Source: an uncultured Gemmatimonadaceae bacterium (lineage in GTDB: Bacteria; Gemmatimonadota; Gemmatimonadetes; Gemmatimonadales; Gemmatimonadaceae). From it: a stretch of 64,000 nt of DNA. Below the pieces are notes generated by a model, which worked only from the letters and a program-made list of their open reading frames with translations, was not told the origin of the DNA and searched no databases. The stretch spans positions 32,001 through 96,000 of the forward strand of contig CAWFQK010000007.1 of assembly GCA_963817955.1 (NCBI GenBank). Direction: 5' to 3'. Made by a program: the position numbers and the translations under genes. Shown in pieces: positions 20,324 to 29,663 of the stretch. Positions within the stretch are counted from its first letter, which is position 1, and every line of letters begins with the position of its first letter.

Positions 20324-21004
20324 TTATGCGAAGACGCGCTTGCGCGATACGGCGGGCCAGAGCTCCGTCTGCGGCAGCTCGCCCTCGAGCTGCAGCCGCA
20401 CGCGGCCGGCGATTTCCTCGATCGCGTCGGAATCCGTCACCAGGTCGTAATCGCGGACGTCCAGCCAGAGTACCGGGCAATTCCGAAATTCGCCGATCCA
20501 TCGCTCGTATCGTGCGTGGAGCGCAGACCAATAGTCGATCGCCGCATCCTTTTCCTTCGGGCGCCCGCGTGTGTGGATCCGTTCGACGATCACCTGGAGC
20601 GGCCCATAGAGGTAAATGAGCAGTCGCGGTGGGCGTGCAGCTGGCGAGTGAAGCAGTTCAGCATATAGCTGACGATAGAGCGTCCACTCGTGGGAGCTCA
20701 TGAGCCCTTGCTCGAATAGGCCGCGCGCGAAGATCTCGGCATCTTCGTACCAGGTGCGGTCGAGAATCCAGCTTCCACCAAGTCCGCGCATCCGTCGCAT
20801 GCTCGCGAAGCGCGTCGCAAGGAAGTGCAGCTGCAGTTGCAGCGCATAGGCGCGCATCTCATCGGGGCCGCCGTAGAAGCTCTCGAGCCACGGGTTCTCA
20901 GCGTCCACGCTTTCCAGGGCCATCTGGAGTCCAAAGCGCGCCGCAAGTGCGCGAGTGAGCGTGGTTTTCCCCGTCCCGACCATTCCTGCGACGCCAATCA
21001 ACAT
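20324..21004 (-). CDS. Deoxynucleoside kinase (dCK/dGK family)
   Basis: GMVGTGKTT P-loop, NPWLESFY, LQLHFL, LDRTWYED..IF, RIHTRGR. Confidence 0.9.
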   Translation of the reverse strand: MLIGVAGMVGTGKTTLTRALAARFGLQMALESVDAENPWLESFYGGPDEMRAYALQLQLHFLATRFASMRRMRGLGGSWILDRTWYEDAEIFARGLFEQGLMSSHEWTLYRQLYAELLHSPAARPPRLLIYLYGPLQVIVERIHTRGRPKEKDAAIDYWSALHARYERWIGEFRNCPVLWLDVRDYDLVTDSDAIEEIAGRVRLQLEGELPQTELWPAVSRKRVFA

Positions 21005-21053
21005 GTTACACAAGCTAAAAAACGTGCGCCGCGCGGCAATAGTTACTCCGGAG

Positions 21054-21560
21054 TCAGGACACGTTCACGAGCGCCACACCGGCGAGCGTGATCACAAACC
21101 AAAATCCGAGGCTGGTGACCGCCGTACGATGTAGCGTAGCCCATGCGGGCGCGCTCTCCCCGGCGTCGCGCTTGAGTGCCGACTCGGCGCGGGTCATCAC
21201 GACCCCATTAATGAGAAGCAGCGCCACGAGCACCATCTTCACCCAGAAGACCCACGAACCGAAGAACGTCTCTACGTCCGCGGCGAGCATGGCGACGCCG
21301 CTGATCATGACGACGGTGAGGCCGGTGAGCACCCAGCGATGCACCGTGCCAAGCTCTTCGACGAAGTGCTGCTTACCTTCTGCGGCCAGGCGCAGCGCGC
21401 GCACGGTGGAGCGATCAGCCGCGATCGCGAGCCCGCCAGCGAGCAGCAACCCGCCGATGTGCAAGAAGGTGACGATCGTCTCAGCCACTTTCGAATGGCT
21501 GTAGAAGTCTGCCCACGGCTTGAGCAGGGTAACGAGCGATTCCGGGGGTGCGATGATCAT
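21054..21560 (-). CDS. Four-TM membrane protein of unknown function
   Basis: Four hydrophobic helices, FLHIGG and FWVKMVL motifs; start taken at MIIAPP (21560). Confidence 0.7.
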   Translation of the reverse strand: MIIAPPESLVTLLKPWADFYSHSKVAETIVTFLHIGGLLLAGGLAIAADRSTVRALRLAAEGKQHFVEELGTVHRWVLTGLTVVMISGVAMLAADVETFFGSWVFWVKMVLVALLLINGVVMTRAESALKRDAGESAPAWATLHRTAVTSLGFWFVITLAGVALVNVS

Positions 21561-21759
21561 TTCGATTAAATGGGTTCCAGAGTGTGGCGCGACTAAATTG
21601 CCGGGATTGGTCGAGGGGGCACCAATGTGACCGATAATCAGACACACGTCTTCCGTTACGACCACGACGCATATATAAACTGCTCCATCAAATGCTTCCC
21701 GTCGACTGCCTATCTGTCCGCCCGCGGTTCTGCGCCGGCCCATCGAGCGGATTCCTTTC

Positions 21760-22977
21760 GTGAGTAGCATCTATGTCGCGCGCCAGCCGATCTTTGAGCT
21801 GGGCCGCGGCCTCTTTGGCTACGAGCTGCTCTACCGGCGCAACGGGTCGATCGAGCACGCCGACGGCGACAGCGACCACATGTCCGCGGAAGTCATCGTC
21901 GCGTCCATGCTCGGCATCGGGTTGCGCACGATCACGGGCGCGGGATTGGCGTTCATCAATTTCTCCGACGAGCAGCTCTTGAATCAGAGCTGGGAGCTAT
22001 TCGATCCCGGCAGCGTGGTCATCGAACTGCTCGAGCACGTCGAGTGCAATGCGGAGACGGTTGCCGCCTGTGAGTGTATGGTCCGGGCAGGCTATCGCCT
22101 AGCCCTGGACGATTACGTGTTCGATGAAGCAAGACGGCCGCTACTCGCCCTCGCTTCCATTGTGAAAGTGGATGTGCTCGACCGCTCTACCGGCGACATC
22201 CAGGAAATCGCGCGCCAGCTCCGTCCAAGCGGCGTGCGCTTGCTTGCCGAACGCGTCGAGACCGCGGCCGTGCGCGACGTCTGCGCCGCCGCGGGATTCG
22301 AGTTGTTCCAGGGCTACCTGTTCAGCCGGCCCGAGACACTCGCCAAAACGGATGTGTCGGCCGGGCAGTTGGCGACCATGCGGCTGCTCAATCTGCTACA
22401 GGATCCTGACGCGACCGACGTTGCGCTCGATTTGGCGTTCCAGAGTGATCTGGCGTTGAGCTACAAGCTGCTTCGAATTGTCAACGCTGCCGCGATGGGC
22501 GGGCGGGGAATCACGTCCATTCCCCACGCCGTGCGTCTGATCGGACGTCAGACGCTGCACCGGTGGCTTTCGGTCATCCTCGTGGCGTCGCTCGGACGCC
22601 CGGGCGACGTTTCGCACGAAATGGCGCTCACCGCGATCACGCGTGGGCGTATGTGCGAGTTGTTGGCGGCGAAATCCACGGACCGTGGTGCTGCAGGTTC
22701 GGCATTCATCGTTGGACTGCTATCACTGCTTGATGTCCTCCTCGAAGTGCCGATGGAGAAGATCCTGTCGCGGCTCGAGCTGAGCGAGGACATTCGTGGC
22801 GCCCTGCTCGATCGCGGCGGATCGCTCACGTCAGCGCTGCGCCTGGTCGAAGCCTACGAGAAGGCCGACTGGGCAAAGGCGAAAGGGCTCGCCGGCGAAA
22901 GGGGTGTGCCCGACGAGCTGCTACCGAATCTCTATCTCGATGCGCTGGGATGGGCGGCGCAACAGATCGCGACCTGA
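21760..22977 (+). CDS. EAL plus HDOD domain protein (YuxH/PdeH-like c-di-GMP signalling)
   Basis: YVARQPIF..GYELLYR, ALDDY, KVD, AERVET, FQGYLFSRP, then D.ALSYKLLRIVN HDOD. Confidence 0.9.
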   Translation: MSSIYVARQPIFELGRGLFGYELLYRRNGSIEHADGDSDHMSAEVIVASMLGIGLRTITGAGLAFINFSDEQLLNQSWELFDPGSVVIELLEHVECNAETVAACECMVRAGYRLALDDYVFDEARRPLLALASIVKVDVLDRSTGDIQEIARQLRPSGVRLLAERVETAAVRDVCAAAGFELFQGYLFSRPETLAKTDVSAGQLATMRLLNLLQDPDATDVALDLAFQSDLALSYKLLRIVNAAAMGGRGITSIPHAVRLIGRQTLHRWLSVILVASLGRPGDVSHEMALTAITRGRMCELLAAKSTDRGAAGSAFIVGLLSLLDVLLEVPMEKILSRLELSEDIRGALLDRGGSLTSALRLVEAYEKADWAKAKGLAGERGVPDELLPNLYLDALGWAAQQIAT

Positions 22978-22983
22978 CGCCGA

Positions 22984-23811
22984 TCAGGTGCCGGCGGGCC
23001 CAGGGCTGACGACAGGTGGCTTCGGCACGGCCGGCACTTCGTCCAACTGCGTCGTGAACGGCAACATGATCGTAATACGCCGGTTGCGTGGATCGAGTGG
23101 GTTTTCCGTGTTGCGCAGCTGACGGTCCGCCAAGCCGCGCACCTCGACAATGCGAGCGTCGTCGAGCCCGGAGGCCTCGAGCACCCGGCGCGCGGCATTC
23201 GCGCGATCGGCCGACAGCTCCCAATTGCTATACTCGCCCGTATACTGCGCCGCGTCGGTATGGCCTTCGATGACGACCGGGTTTCGGAGCGGCGCGAGCT
23301 CCTGGGCTACGATCTCCAGTGTCTTCTGCATGACCGGCGTCATAGTGGACGATGCGATGGGGAAGAACTCATGGCCGCTCGCTCCTTCGGCCAGCTCGAT
23401 GCGCAGGCCCGCGCTCGTCTGCACGATCTCTATGCGATCGCCAATCGCAGAGAGCCCCGCGTCCTTGAGCCGCGACTTGATGCGTCCGCCAGTCTCAGCA
23501 AGCTCCGTGGTTTCCCGTTCGCGGGCCATGAGCTTGAACGGCGTCGTCTGCACCATGCCGGGGGACGAACCGGACGACACCGGACTCTTGCCCGCCGAGT
23601 AGCCCCTCTTGTAACCGACTGGATTCGAGAAGTAGCCCTCGATGGATTGCCTCGTGTGCTGGTCCATGCCGAGGATCCACATAACCATGAAGAACGCCAT
23701 CATGGCGGTGACGAAATCAGCATAGGCCACCTTCCACGCCCCCCCGTGCGAGCCGGCGTGGTGTCGTGGCCTCTTCTTGATGATGATTATTGGCCGATCG
23801 CCCTTCTTCAC
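22984..23811 (-). CDS. motB: Flagellar stator protein MotB
   Basis: WKVAYADFVTAMMAFF, IEGHTD, NWELSADRA, RNRRI. Confidence 0.96.
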   Translation of the reverse strand: MKKGDRPIIIIKKRPRHHAGSHGGAWKVAYADFVTAMMAFFMVMWILGMDQHTRQSIEGYFSNPVGYKRGYSAGKSPVSSGSSPGMVQTTPFKLMARERETTELAETGGRIKSRLKDAGLSAIGDRIEIVQTSAGLRIELAEGASGHEFFPIASSTMTPVMQKTLEIVAQELAPLRNPVVIEGHTDAAQYTGEYSNWELSADRANAARRVLEASGLDDARIVEVRGLADRQLRNTENPLDPRNRRITIMLPFTTQLDEVPAVPKPPVVSPGPAGT

Positions 23812-24666
23812 TTACGCCGCCCGGCGAGTCAGCGCCTCGAGCTCGGCGAACGTCGGGCGTTCCACCGGCTCGATATTGCGCCGCGCGAATTCCACGCAGG
23901 TCATGGGTGCGTCGCCGCGAGCGAACGCCAGGAGTGCCGTCCGGATACAGCTCATGTAATCAGATTCGGCGCGGAGGCGCGCTTCGAGTGCATTGGCCAG
24001 CGGATTCACCAATCCGTACGACAGGAGAATGCCGAGGAAAGTGCCGACGAGCGCGGCCGCCACTTTCTCGCCGATTTCCGCCGCCGAGCCGCCAATTGAG
24101 CCCATGGTGATCACCACGCCCAGCACGGCGGCGACGATGCCGAAACCCGGTAGCGCGTCGCCGATCTTGGCCAGGGCTGCGGGCACGGCACGAGCTTCTT
24201 CCATCTGCCGCTCGAGATCCAAATCGAGGATCTCGGCAAGATGGTGATCTTCCACGGCGCCGGTGAGCAACACTTTGAGCGTGTCGCAAAGGAACGGCAG
24301 CGCGTGCTTGTGGTTGCTGAAGAACGCGTACTTCTTGAATATCTCGCTCTTTTCCGGCTCCTCGATGTGTGATTCGAGACCGACGAGTCCGTCCTTGCGC
24401 GCCTTTTGAAAGACGCCATACAGTACCTGCAGTAGCTCCGCGTACGCCTTTTCGGTATATGGACTAGGTTTGAGCAGACCGAGCACGCCCTTGATGCTCG
24501 CCATCACCACCGCCATCGGATTGCTGATCAGGAACGCCCCGAGCGCGGCCCCACCAATGATGATGAACTCGGACCACTGAAGCAGCACGATGATGTGTCC
24601 GTGATGCATCGTGTAGCCCATCAGAATGCTGCCGAAAACGATGACGAGTCCAACTATGACGAACAC
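23812..24666 (-). CDS. motA: Flagellar stator protein MotA
   Basis: ARKDGLVGLE, PGFGIVAAVLG, ALVGTFLGI, VEFARR. Confidence 0.96.
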   Translation of the reverse strand: MFVIVGLVIVFGSILMGYTMHHGHIIVLLQWSEFIIIGGAALGAFLISNPMAVVMASIKGVLGLLKPSPYTEKAYAELLQVLYGVFQKARKDGLVGLESHIEEPEKSEIFKKYAFFSNHKHALPFLCDTLKVLLTGAVEDHHLAEILDLDLERQMEEARAVPAALAKIGDALPGFGIVAAVLGVVITMGSIGGSAAEIGEKVAAALVGTFLGILLSYGLVNPLANALEARLRAESDYMSCIRTALLAFARGDAPMTCVEFARRNIEPVERPTFAELEALTRRAA

Positions 24667-24725
24667 GAGGCGCTCGGTGAGAGGCGAAGCTACCGTCGGC
24701 GTGACGCCGGGAGATCCGAGTCAGA

Positions 24726-24753
24726 GTATCGGGCGCGTTTTGATGGACCTATA
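24726..24753 (-). promoter_or_regulatory. Candidate sigma28 promoter for motAB
   Basis: Minus strand cTATAg-N-CCCGATAC with 16-nt spacer versus consensus TAAA-N15-GCCGATAA. Confidence 0.5.
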
Positions 24754-24769
24754 GGAAGGGAACGAAACG

Positions 24770-25429
24770 ATGCCGCAGGCAATGCCCACCTCTCCCCTCG
24801 AGGGCGTCGAGGAATGGCTGGAGCTGGTCGATCAAGCACTTCAGGGCTTGCACCATGCCCTGAATAATCGCATCGGCTCCCTATCAGCCTTGGTTGAGCT
24901 CCACCAACTCGGCGATCTGCCCAACGACGGCACAGGGTTCGACACGTTGGCCTCCGATTTAGCGCGGCTGGAGGAGTGCAACCGAATAGTGCGTCTCCTG
25001 CCCCGTGACGGGGTCAACGGTGACGAACCGTTGATCCTCGACGACGTGCTGGCTGACGTCTTTGCGATTCACCGGTTTTTGCATCAGGTGCGGGATCAGC
25101 AGGTCACAATCGTGCCGACGCGTCACCTTGAACCCGTGCGGGCGGCGCGTTGGGCGCTTGTCCGGGTGCTCACGCTGCTGCTCGCCGACGCGAAGCGGCT
25201 GGCGAAGGAGTCGTCATCCGTCGTCCGGGCAGTCACTGAATCCGACGAGGCATGGGTGCGCCTCGAGTTCCGGGTCGGAACGCCGCTGGTCGCCGATGTC
25301 CCAATGGGCCGCGGGCTTTACGCCGAACTGCTGGCCCAGTCGTTCGGAGGAACCGTATCGCGTCGCGCCGGCGTGGCCGAGCTGCGACTTCCGACGCTCA
25401 AGGCTCGTCGCGCCGCGGACCGCCAATGA
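24770..25429 (+). CDS. Degenerate histidine-kinase-like protein (DHp with H-box plus eroded HATPase), ChpT-like
   Basis: GLHHALNNRI H-box; N-box eroded to LLLADA; no DxGxG; remnant GRGL..SFGGTV. Confidence 0.6.
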   Translation: MPQAMPTSPLEGVEEWLELVDQALQGLHHALNNRIGSLSALVELHQLGDLPNDGTGFDTLASDLARLEECNRIVRLLPRDGVNGDEPLILDDVLADVFAIHRFLHQVRDQQVTIVPTRHLEPVRAARWALVRVLTLLLADAKRLAKESSSVVRAVTESDEAWVRLEFRVGTPLVADVPMGRGLYAELLAQSFGGTVSRRAGVAELRLPTLKARRAADRQ

Positions 25430-25637
25430 CACGCAGCCATTCCTGACCCGCGTTGGCGGCGCCGGCCCGCTGGTTCTCGGCGGAGATGTCGCTGACGATT
25501 TCGCCGCGCAGGATGGTGACCTCGCTGGGTGCTTCGATGCCCAGTCGTACGCCACCGCGGTCACAGGCGAGCACGACGACGCGAATGTGGTCGCCGATCA
25601 TGATCGAGTCGCCGACCTTCCGGCCAAGAATCAGCAT
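25398..25637 (-). CDS. csrA: Carbon storage regulator CsrA
   Basis: MLILGRKVGDSIMIGD..VRLGIEAPSEVTILRGEI; follows flgK. Confidence 0.95.
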   Translation of the reverse strand: MLILGRKVGDSIMIGDHIRVVVLACDRGGVRLGIEAPSEVTILRGEIVSDISAENQRAGAANAGQEWLRVIGGPRRDEP

Positions 25638-25646
25638 CCCTGAAAA

Positions 25647-27071
25647 CTAGCGTCCGAGATCGATCAGCGTTTGCGCCATGTCGTTCACCACGGACACGAG
25701 CCGGGCTGCCGCCTGGTACGCTTGCTGGTGTTGAATGACGTTGATGAGCTCTTCGTCTGTCGAGACGCCGCTGACGCTCTGGCGCTGCGTATCCGCGTTC
25801 GACGTCAACGTGGTCTGTACGGTGGAATCGTCCTGTGCCTGGCGGGTGGCCGTCGCGACGTCAGCGACCGTCTGATTGTAGAAGTCGCCAAAGCTCGCCG
25901 TCGTCGTCTGGGCGCCCGGCAAATTCAGTGTGACGGCCGTGGTGTTCAGCGCGGCGAGTGCCGTCGCAACGTCGTTGTTTCCCGGCCCCGTCGCTGTCCC
26001 GCCCGACGCGGTCACGTCGGCGGCTGTGAGCGAGGGCACGATGCGGATGCCGCGTGCCGTGAGTAGCGGATCGACGCCCGTTGGTGCCGGATTCGTGACG
26101 TCAAAGAAGTTTCCCGCCGGCGCCCCCACCGGCGGAGTGCCCGTGTACACGGTCCCGGCGGCGTGAATGCCGTTGACGGTTTGGACAATTCCGCTCGCCA
26201 ACGAGTCCAGACTCTGCATCACTGTCGGAATCGTCGTCGCCGAGATGCTGATCTCGGCGCCAATGCTGCCGCCGGCACCGTCGATTGCCGCCGTGCTGCC
26301 GGAGAACGACACGGTCGGCGGTTGACCGTTGTTCATCTGTAACGAATACACTGCCGTACCGTCGACGAGCACGCGGCCGCCGACGTACACGGCGGTGCTG
26401 CCGTTCGCCCGGTCGACGGTTTGACCGCCGATGAGCTTTGCCGTCTGGTCGAGTAGGTTGTCGCGTTGGTCGCGCAAGTCGTTCGCCGTCGTGCCGTTCG
26501 ACTCCGCCGCCACGATTTGCTTGTTCAGCGCGGCGATCTGGGTCGACAGCGAATTGACCTGGGCGACATCGGCGGCGAGGGACACGCGATTGTCGTGATC
26601 GAGGCTATCGAGCTGACTCGCAAACCGGTTGAGCGTGGAGGCGACGTCGGCGCCTGCTTCGCGGACGACGCTCTTCGCGGGGCCATTCGTCGGATCGTTC
26701 GCCAGATTGCCCCACGACGACCAGAATGCGTCGAGCGACGCGCTGAGGCCGTTGTCGCTTGGCTCATTGAGGATCGATTGCACCTGCGTGAGCGCCTGAT
26801 TCGTCGTGTCGGCGGCTGACGAGGCGGCCGAGTCGCTGCGGAACGTCGTGTCGAGCAACGCGTCGCGCGCGCGCGTGATGCTGGCGACGCGAACGCCGGT
26901 GCCGACCGAGCCGTAGGAAAAGACCGACGGCTGCGCCGCCGTGAGGTTCACGGTCTCACGTGAGTATCCCACCGTTTTCGCGTTGCTGATATTCTGCGAC
27001 GCGGTCTGCATGGCAATCTGCTGCGCATTCATGCCGGACCGCACCTGATTCAGTATGCTGCCGATGCTCAT
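25647..27071 (-). CDS. flgK: Hook-associated protein FlgK
   Basis: NISNAKTVGYSR, NDLRDQRD, SVSGVSTDEE..QQAYQAAAR. Confidence 0.95.
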   Translation of the reverse strand: MSIGSILNQVRSGMNAQQIAMQTASQNISNAKTVGYSRETVNLTAAQPSVFSYGSVGTGVRVASITRARDALLDTTFRSDSAASSAADTTNQALTQVQSILNEPSDNGLSASLDAFWSSWGNLANDPTNGPAKSVVREAGADVASTLNRFASQLDSLDHDNRVSLAADVAQVNSLSTQIAALNKQIVAAESNGTTANDLRDQRDNLLDQTAKLIGGQTVDRANGSTAVYVGGRVLVDGTAVYSLQMNNGQPPTVSFSGSTAAIDGAGGSIGAEISISATTIPTVMQSLDSLASGIVQTVNGIHAAGTVYTGTPPVGAPAGNFFDVTNPAPTGVDPLLTARGIRIVPSLTAADVTASGGTATGPGNNDVATALAALNTTAVTLNLPGAQTTTASFGDFYNQTVADVATATRQAQDDSTVQTTLTSNADTQRQSVSGVSTDEELINVIQHQQAYQAAARLVSVVNDMAQTLIDLGR

Positions 27072-27604
27072 CAGATTCTCCGATCGACCAGGCTGTGCGC
27101 TTGCGTGCGGACCTGTGGCGCGGATGGCGTGGCATACACCGGTAATTCCTCTGCGCCGGCGAGCGTGCGGGCGTAAGCGTCCCCGGAGGCGAGTGCGTCG
27201 CGGAGAATGCGGCGATTCAGGGCGACCTCGCGCGACAACAGGCGCGCGGTGTTGTGCAGATCGTCGCGCGCCAGGCGGAGCGCGGTCGTCATACGCGGAC
27301 CGAGCACCTCGTCGAGGCTGTGAATGCCCAGGTCCTCATTCTGACCGATGAGCGTATTCAGCGCGCGGCGTCGGCGGCGCGCTTCACTGAGTGTGACGAG
27401 CACGCGGTGCGTGGCGAACACGCTGTCGTCCACGGCCTGGAGATCGTCTTCGCCGACCGCTGAGCGTTGGCGCCGAAGGACCGTGATGAGCTCATCGAGC
27501 AGCCGGCGCTCGGTCACGAGAGCGTCGGTGAAAGAATCCACCGTCGACACGATGGTCCGGGTCACGGGTGACGGATCGCCGGTCTTCTGATCGGTCGGCA
27601 TCAT
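27071..27604 (-). CDS. flgN: Flagellar export chaperone FlgN
   Basis: Helical coiled-coil, LNRRIL motif, C-terminal LVDRRI, position immediately before flgK. Confidence 0.75.
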   Translation of the reverse strand: MMPTDQKTGDPSPVTRTIVSTVDSFTDALVTERRLLDELITVLRRQRSAVGEDDLQAVDDSVFATHRVLVTLSEARRRRRALNTLIGQNEDLGIHSLDEVLGPRMTTALRLARDDLHNTARLLSREVALNRRILRDALASGDAYARTLAGAEELPVYATPSAPQVRTQAHSLVDRRI

Positions 27605-27933
27605 TTCGACGGTGGGGAGCCGGGAGTTTCAGCTGCCGGCGGCGCAAGTCGCTGACGAAGCTGCTGGTACAAGGCGTTGGAGAGCGAATGTTCGCCGTTC
27701 CACTGTGCGGGAACCTGCTCGGACAATTTTTCGTCGAGCATGCTCGTGAACGTGCTTTCGCCGTTGTTTTGCGAGACCAGTCCGTCATCGGGCACGGTAT
27801 CGCGCATCGCGGCGAACATGCGCTGTACGAACAGGCCTTCGAGCTGTGAAGCGCTCTTCTTGAGGCGCGCGTCGTCGGCCGCGGCCGATGGATGCACCGG
27901 CGGCTGCGTCATCGAAGGAGGGCGGACGGTCAT
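27601..27933 (-). CDS. flgJ: FlgJ, rod-binding domain only
   Basis: LKKSASQLEGLFVQRMFAAMRDTVP..FTSMLDE..LYQQL; 110 aa, no hydrolase domain. Confidence 0.88.
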   Translation of the reverse strand: MTVRPPSMTQPPVHPSAAADDARLKKSASQLEGLFVQRMFAAMRDTVPDDGLVSQNNGESTFTSMLDEKLSEQVPAQWNGEHSLSNALYQQLRQRLAPPAAETPGSPPSK

Positions 27934-28985
27934 CGGATGACCACTTCGGCCGCGATGGCGCCTATGGCGCGCAGTGATTCGAATATTGCGGCAATCTCGG
28001 CCGGCGGCGTTTGCACGGCGTGCAGCGCGGCAGCCACGCGCGTGACCGGTGTACCGGACGGCATGCGCAGGTTGTTCGGCGCAGCGGCGGTTGTATCCGT
28101 TGCCCCGATGGTGAGCGTGATACCGCCGTGGCTCACCGTGGCCTCTCCAATCGTGAGATCGCCGCCGGCCATGATCGTGCCATCGCGACCATCGATGATC
28201 AGTCGGGCAATGCGCTGTGGCTGCACGCGCATATCCTGAATGCGCGCCAGAACCGTGGCGTGATCATCCTTCTGTGTCTTGAGTGAGAGCGCAATCGCTC
28301 CCGGATCCTCGACCGACGCAGTGCCCTCGCCCAACTCCTTGTTGATCGCGGTGGCGATCCGCGTCGCCATCGTGACGTCTGGGTCGCGGAGCAACAGCGT
28401 GGAACTGGTCGCGAACTGCGGTCGCGGCAGGTCAGCTTCGAGCAGGCCGCCCGATGGGATGCGCGCCGAATTCTCGATCGACGAACTCCGGCCCGCGCCG
28501 AGGTCGGCCATGAGCACCGCTCCCTGCGCTGACGCGACCGGGTCGCCGCCGACATCGGAAAGCAACGGCGTCATCCACAGCACACCGCCGCGCAGCGATC
28601 GCGCATCGCCCATCGACGAAACGTGCACCTCGAATTTGCCGCCGGCGCGCAGGTACGGCGACACCTCGGCGGTGACCAGCACCGCGGCGATGTTGCGCGT
28701 CTTCAGCGCTTCGACTGGCAGCTGAATGCCGAACCGCCGAAGCAGGTTGACGACGGAGTTCACGGTCATGCCGCCCTGTTTGCCGCCGCTCGAGCGATCG
28801 CCGGTGCCATCGAGGCCGATTACGAGGCCGTACCCCATGAGGCGCAACGGAATGGCTTTGTCCTCGATCGTGAGATCGCGGATGCGGATCATTTCTTGAG
28901 CATCGAGTACGGAGGGGCGAGTAGCGAGTGTCGCGAGACACACCAGTACCGCCCACGCTGACCAGAACTTCCGTGCGCTCATCAT
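27930..28985 (-). CDS. flgI: P-ring protein FlgI
   Basis: LMGYGLVIGLDGTGD, NIAAVLVTA, VSSMGDARSLRGG, GTIMAG. Confidence 0.95.
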   Translation of the reverse strand: MMSARKFWSAWAVLVCLATLATRPSVLDAQEMIRIRDLTIEDKAIPLRLMGYGLVIGLDGTGDRSSGGKQGGMTVNSVVNLLRRFGIQLPVEALKTRNIAAVLVTAEVSPYLRAGGKFEVHVSSMGDARSLRGGVLWMTPLLSDVGGDPVASAQGAVLMADLGAGRSSSIENSARIPSGGLLEADLPRPQFATSSTLLLRDPDVTMATRIATAINKELGEGTASVEDPGAIALSLKTQKDDHATVLARIQDMRVQPQRIARLIIDGRDGTIMAGGDLTIGEATVSHGGITLTIGATDTTAAAPNNLRMPSGTPVTRVAAALHAVQTPPAEIAAIFESLRAIGAIAAEVVIR

Positions 28986-29653
28986 GGCCAGAAGACGTTG
29001 ACGAGCCGACCGATGATCCCACCGCGGGTCTTGCCGAGATCGCCGGTGAGCTGATAGGTGAGCTGCGCGTCCGCCACGCGTTCGCTGGCGATGATATTGT
29101 CCGGCGAAACGTCTTGTGGACGCACCCAGCCGGTGAAGTTCAGCGTCTGTTTGTTCTTATCCACGTCAACGAGCTTCAGACCCTTCACTTGCAGGAGTCC
29201 CGTTCGGTCCACCGCGACGACGCGAACGCTGATGTCGCCCTTGAAGTTGACGTTCCGCTTCGCGTCACCGGTCTGGGTGGACGCCGCGTTCTTATCCATG
29301 TTCATCGTCGCGTCGATCGATGGCAGGGCCGTTGTGCCAACTTTCGGCGGCACGAGACCGAGGTCGTTCTTGCGCGTTTGCTGATCGGTGCCGCCCTGCG
29401 ACTTGGCCGCCGACGCGAGCGTCGCCTCGCTGACCAGCACGGTGATGACATCGCCCACCTGGTACTCGTGGCGGTCCGCGGTCCAGGATGAGAGACGGCG
29501 CGCCGGCGTCGCCGCCGCTGCCGCTGCCGCTGCCGCTGCGGTTGCGGTTGCGGTTGCGGTTGCCGGTACCGGCTGGTTCTTGGTCTGCGCGAGCAGCAAT
29601 GGCGCGCCCAACAGCAGCAGGATAATCGAGAGAACGGCTTTGATACGATTCAT
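28982..29653 (-). CDS. flgH: L-ring protein FlgH
   Basis: D..YQVGDVITVLVSE, GWVRPQDVSPDN.IAS.RVADA. Confidence 0.92.
   Translation of the reverse strand: MNRIKAVLSIILLLLGAPLLLAQTKNQPVPATATATATAAAAAAAAAATPARRLSSWTADRHEYQVGDVITVLVSEATLASAAKSQGGTDQQTRKNDLGLVPPKVGTTALPSIDATMNMDKNAASTQTGDAKRNVNFKGDISVRVVAVDRTGLLQVKGLKLVDVDKNKQTLNFTGWVRPQDVSPDNIIASERVADAQLTYQLTGDLGKTRGGIIGRLVNVFWP
29510..29563 (+). repeat. 6-nt tandem repeats (GCCGCT)n then (GCGGTT)n encoding an Ala/Thr linker in FlgH
   Basis: Visible in sequence; protein ATATATATAAAAAAAAAT. Confidence 0.8.
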
Positions 29654-29663
29654 TGTGAATTCC

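Noticed and set aside
21687..21714. Sigma28 promoter for the EAL-HDOD gene (TCAA-N16-GCCTATCT)
   Set aside because: The -10 lacks the CGAT core shared by the other five candidates
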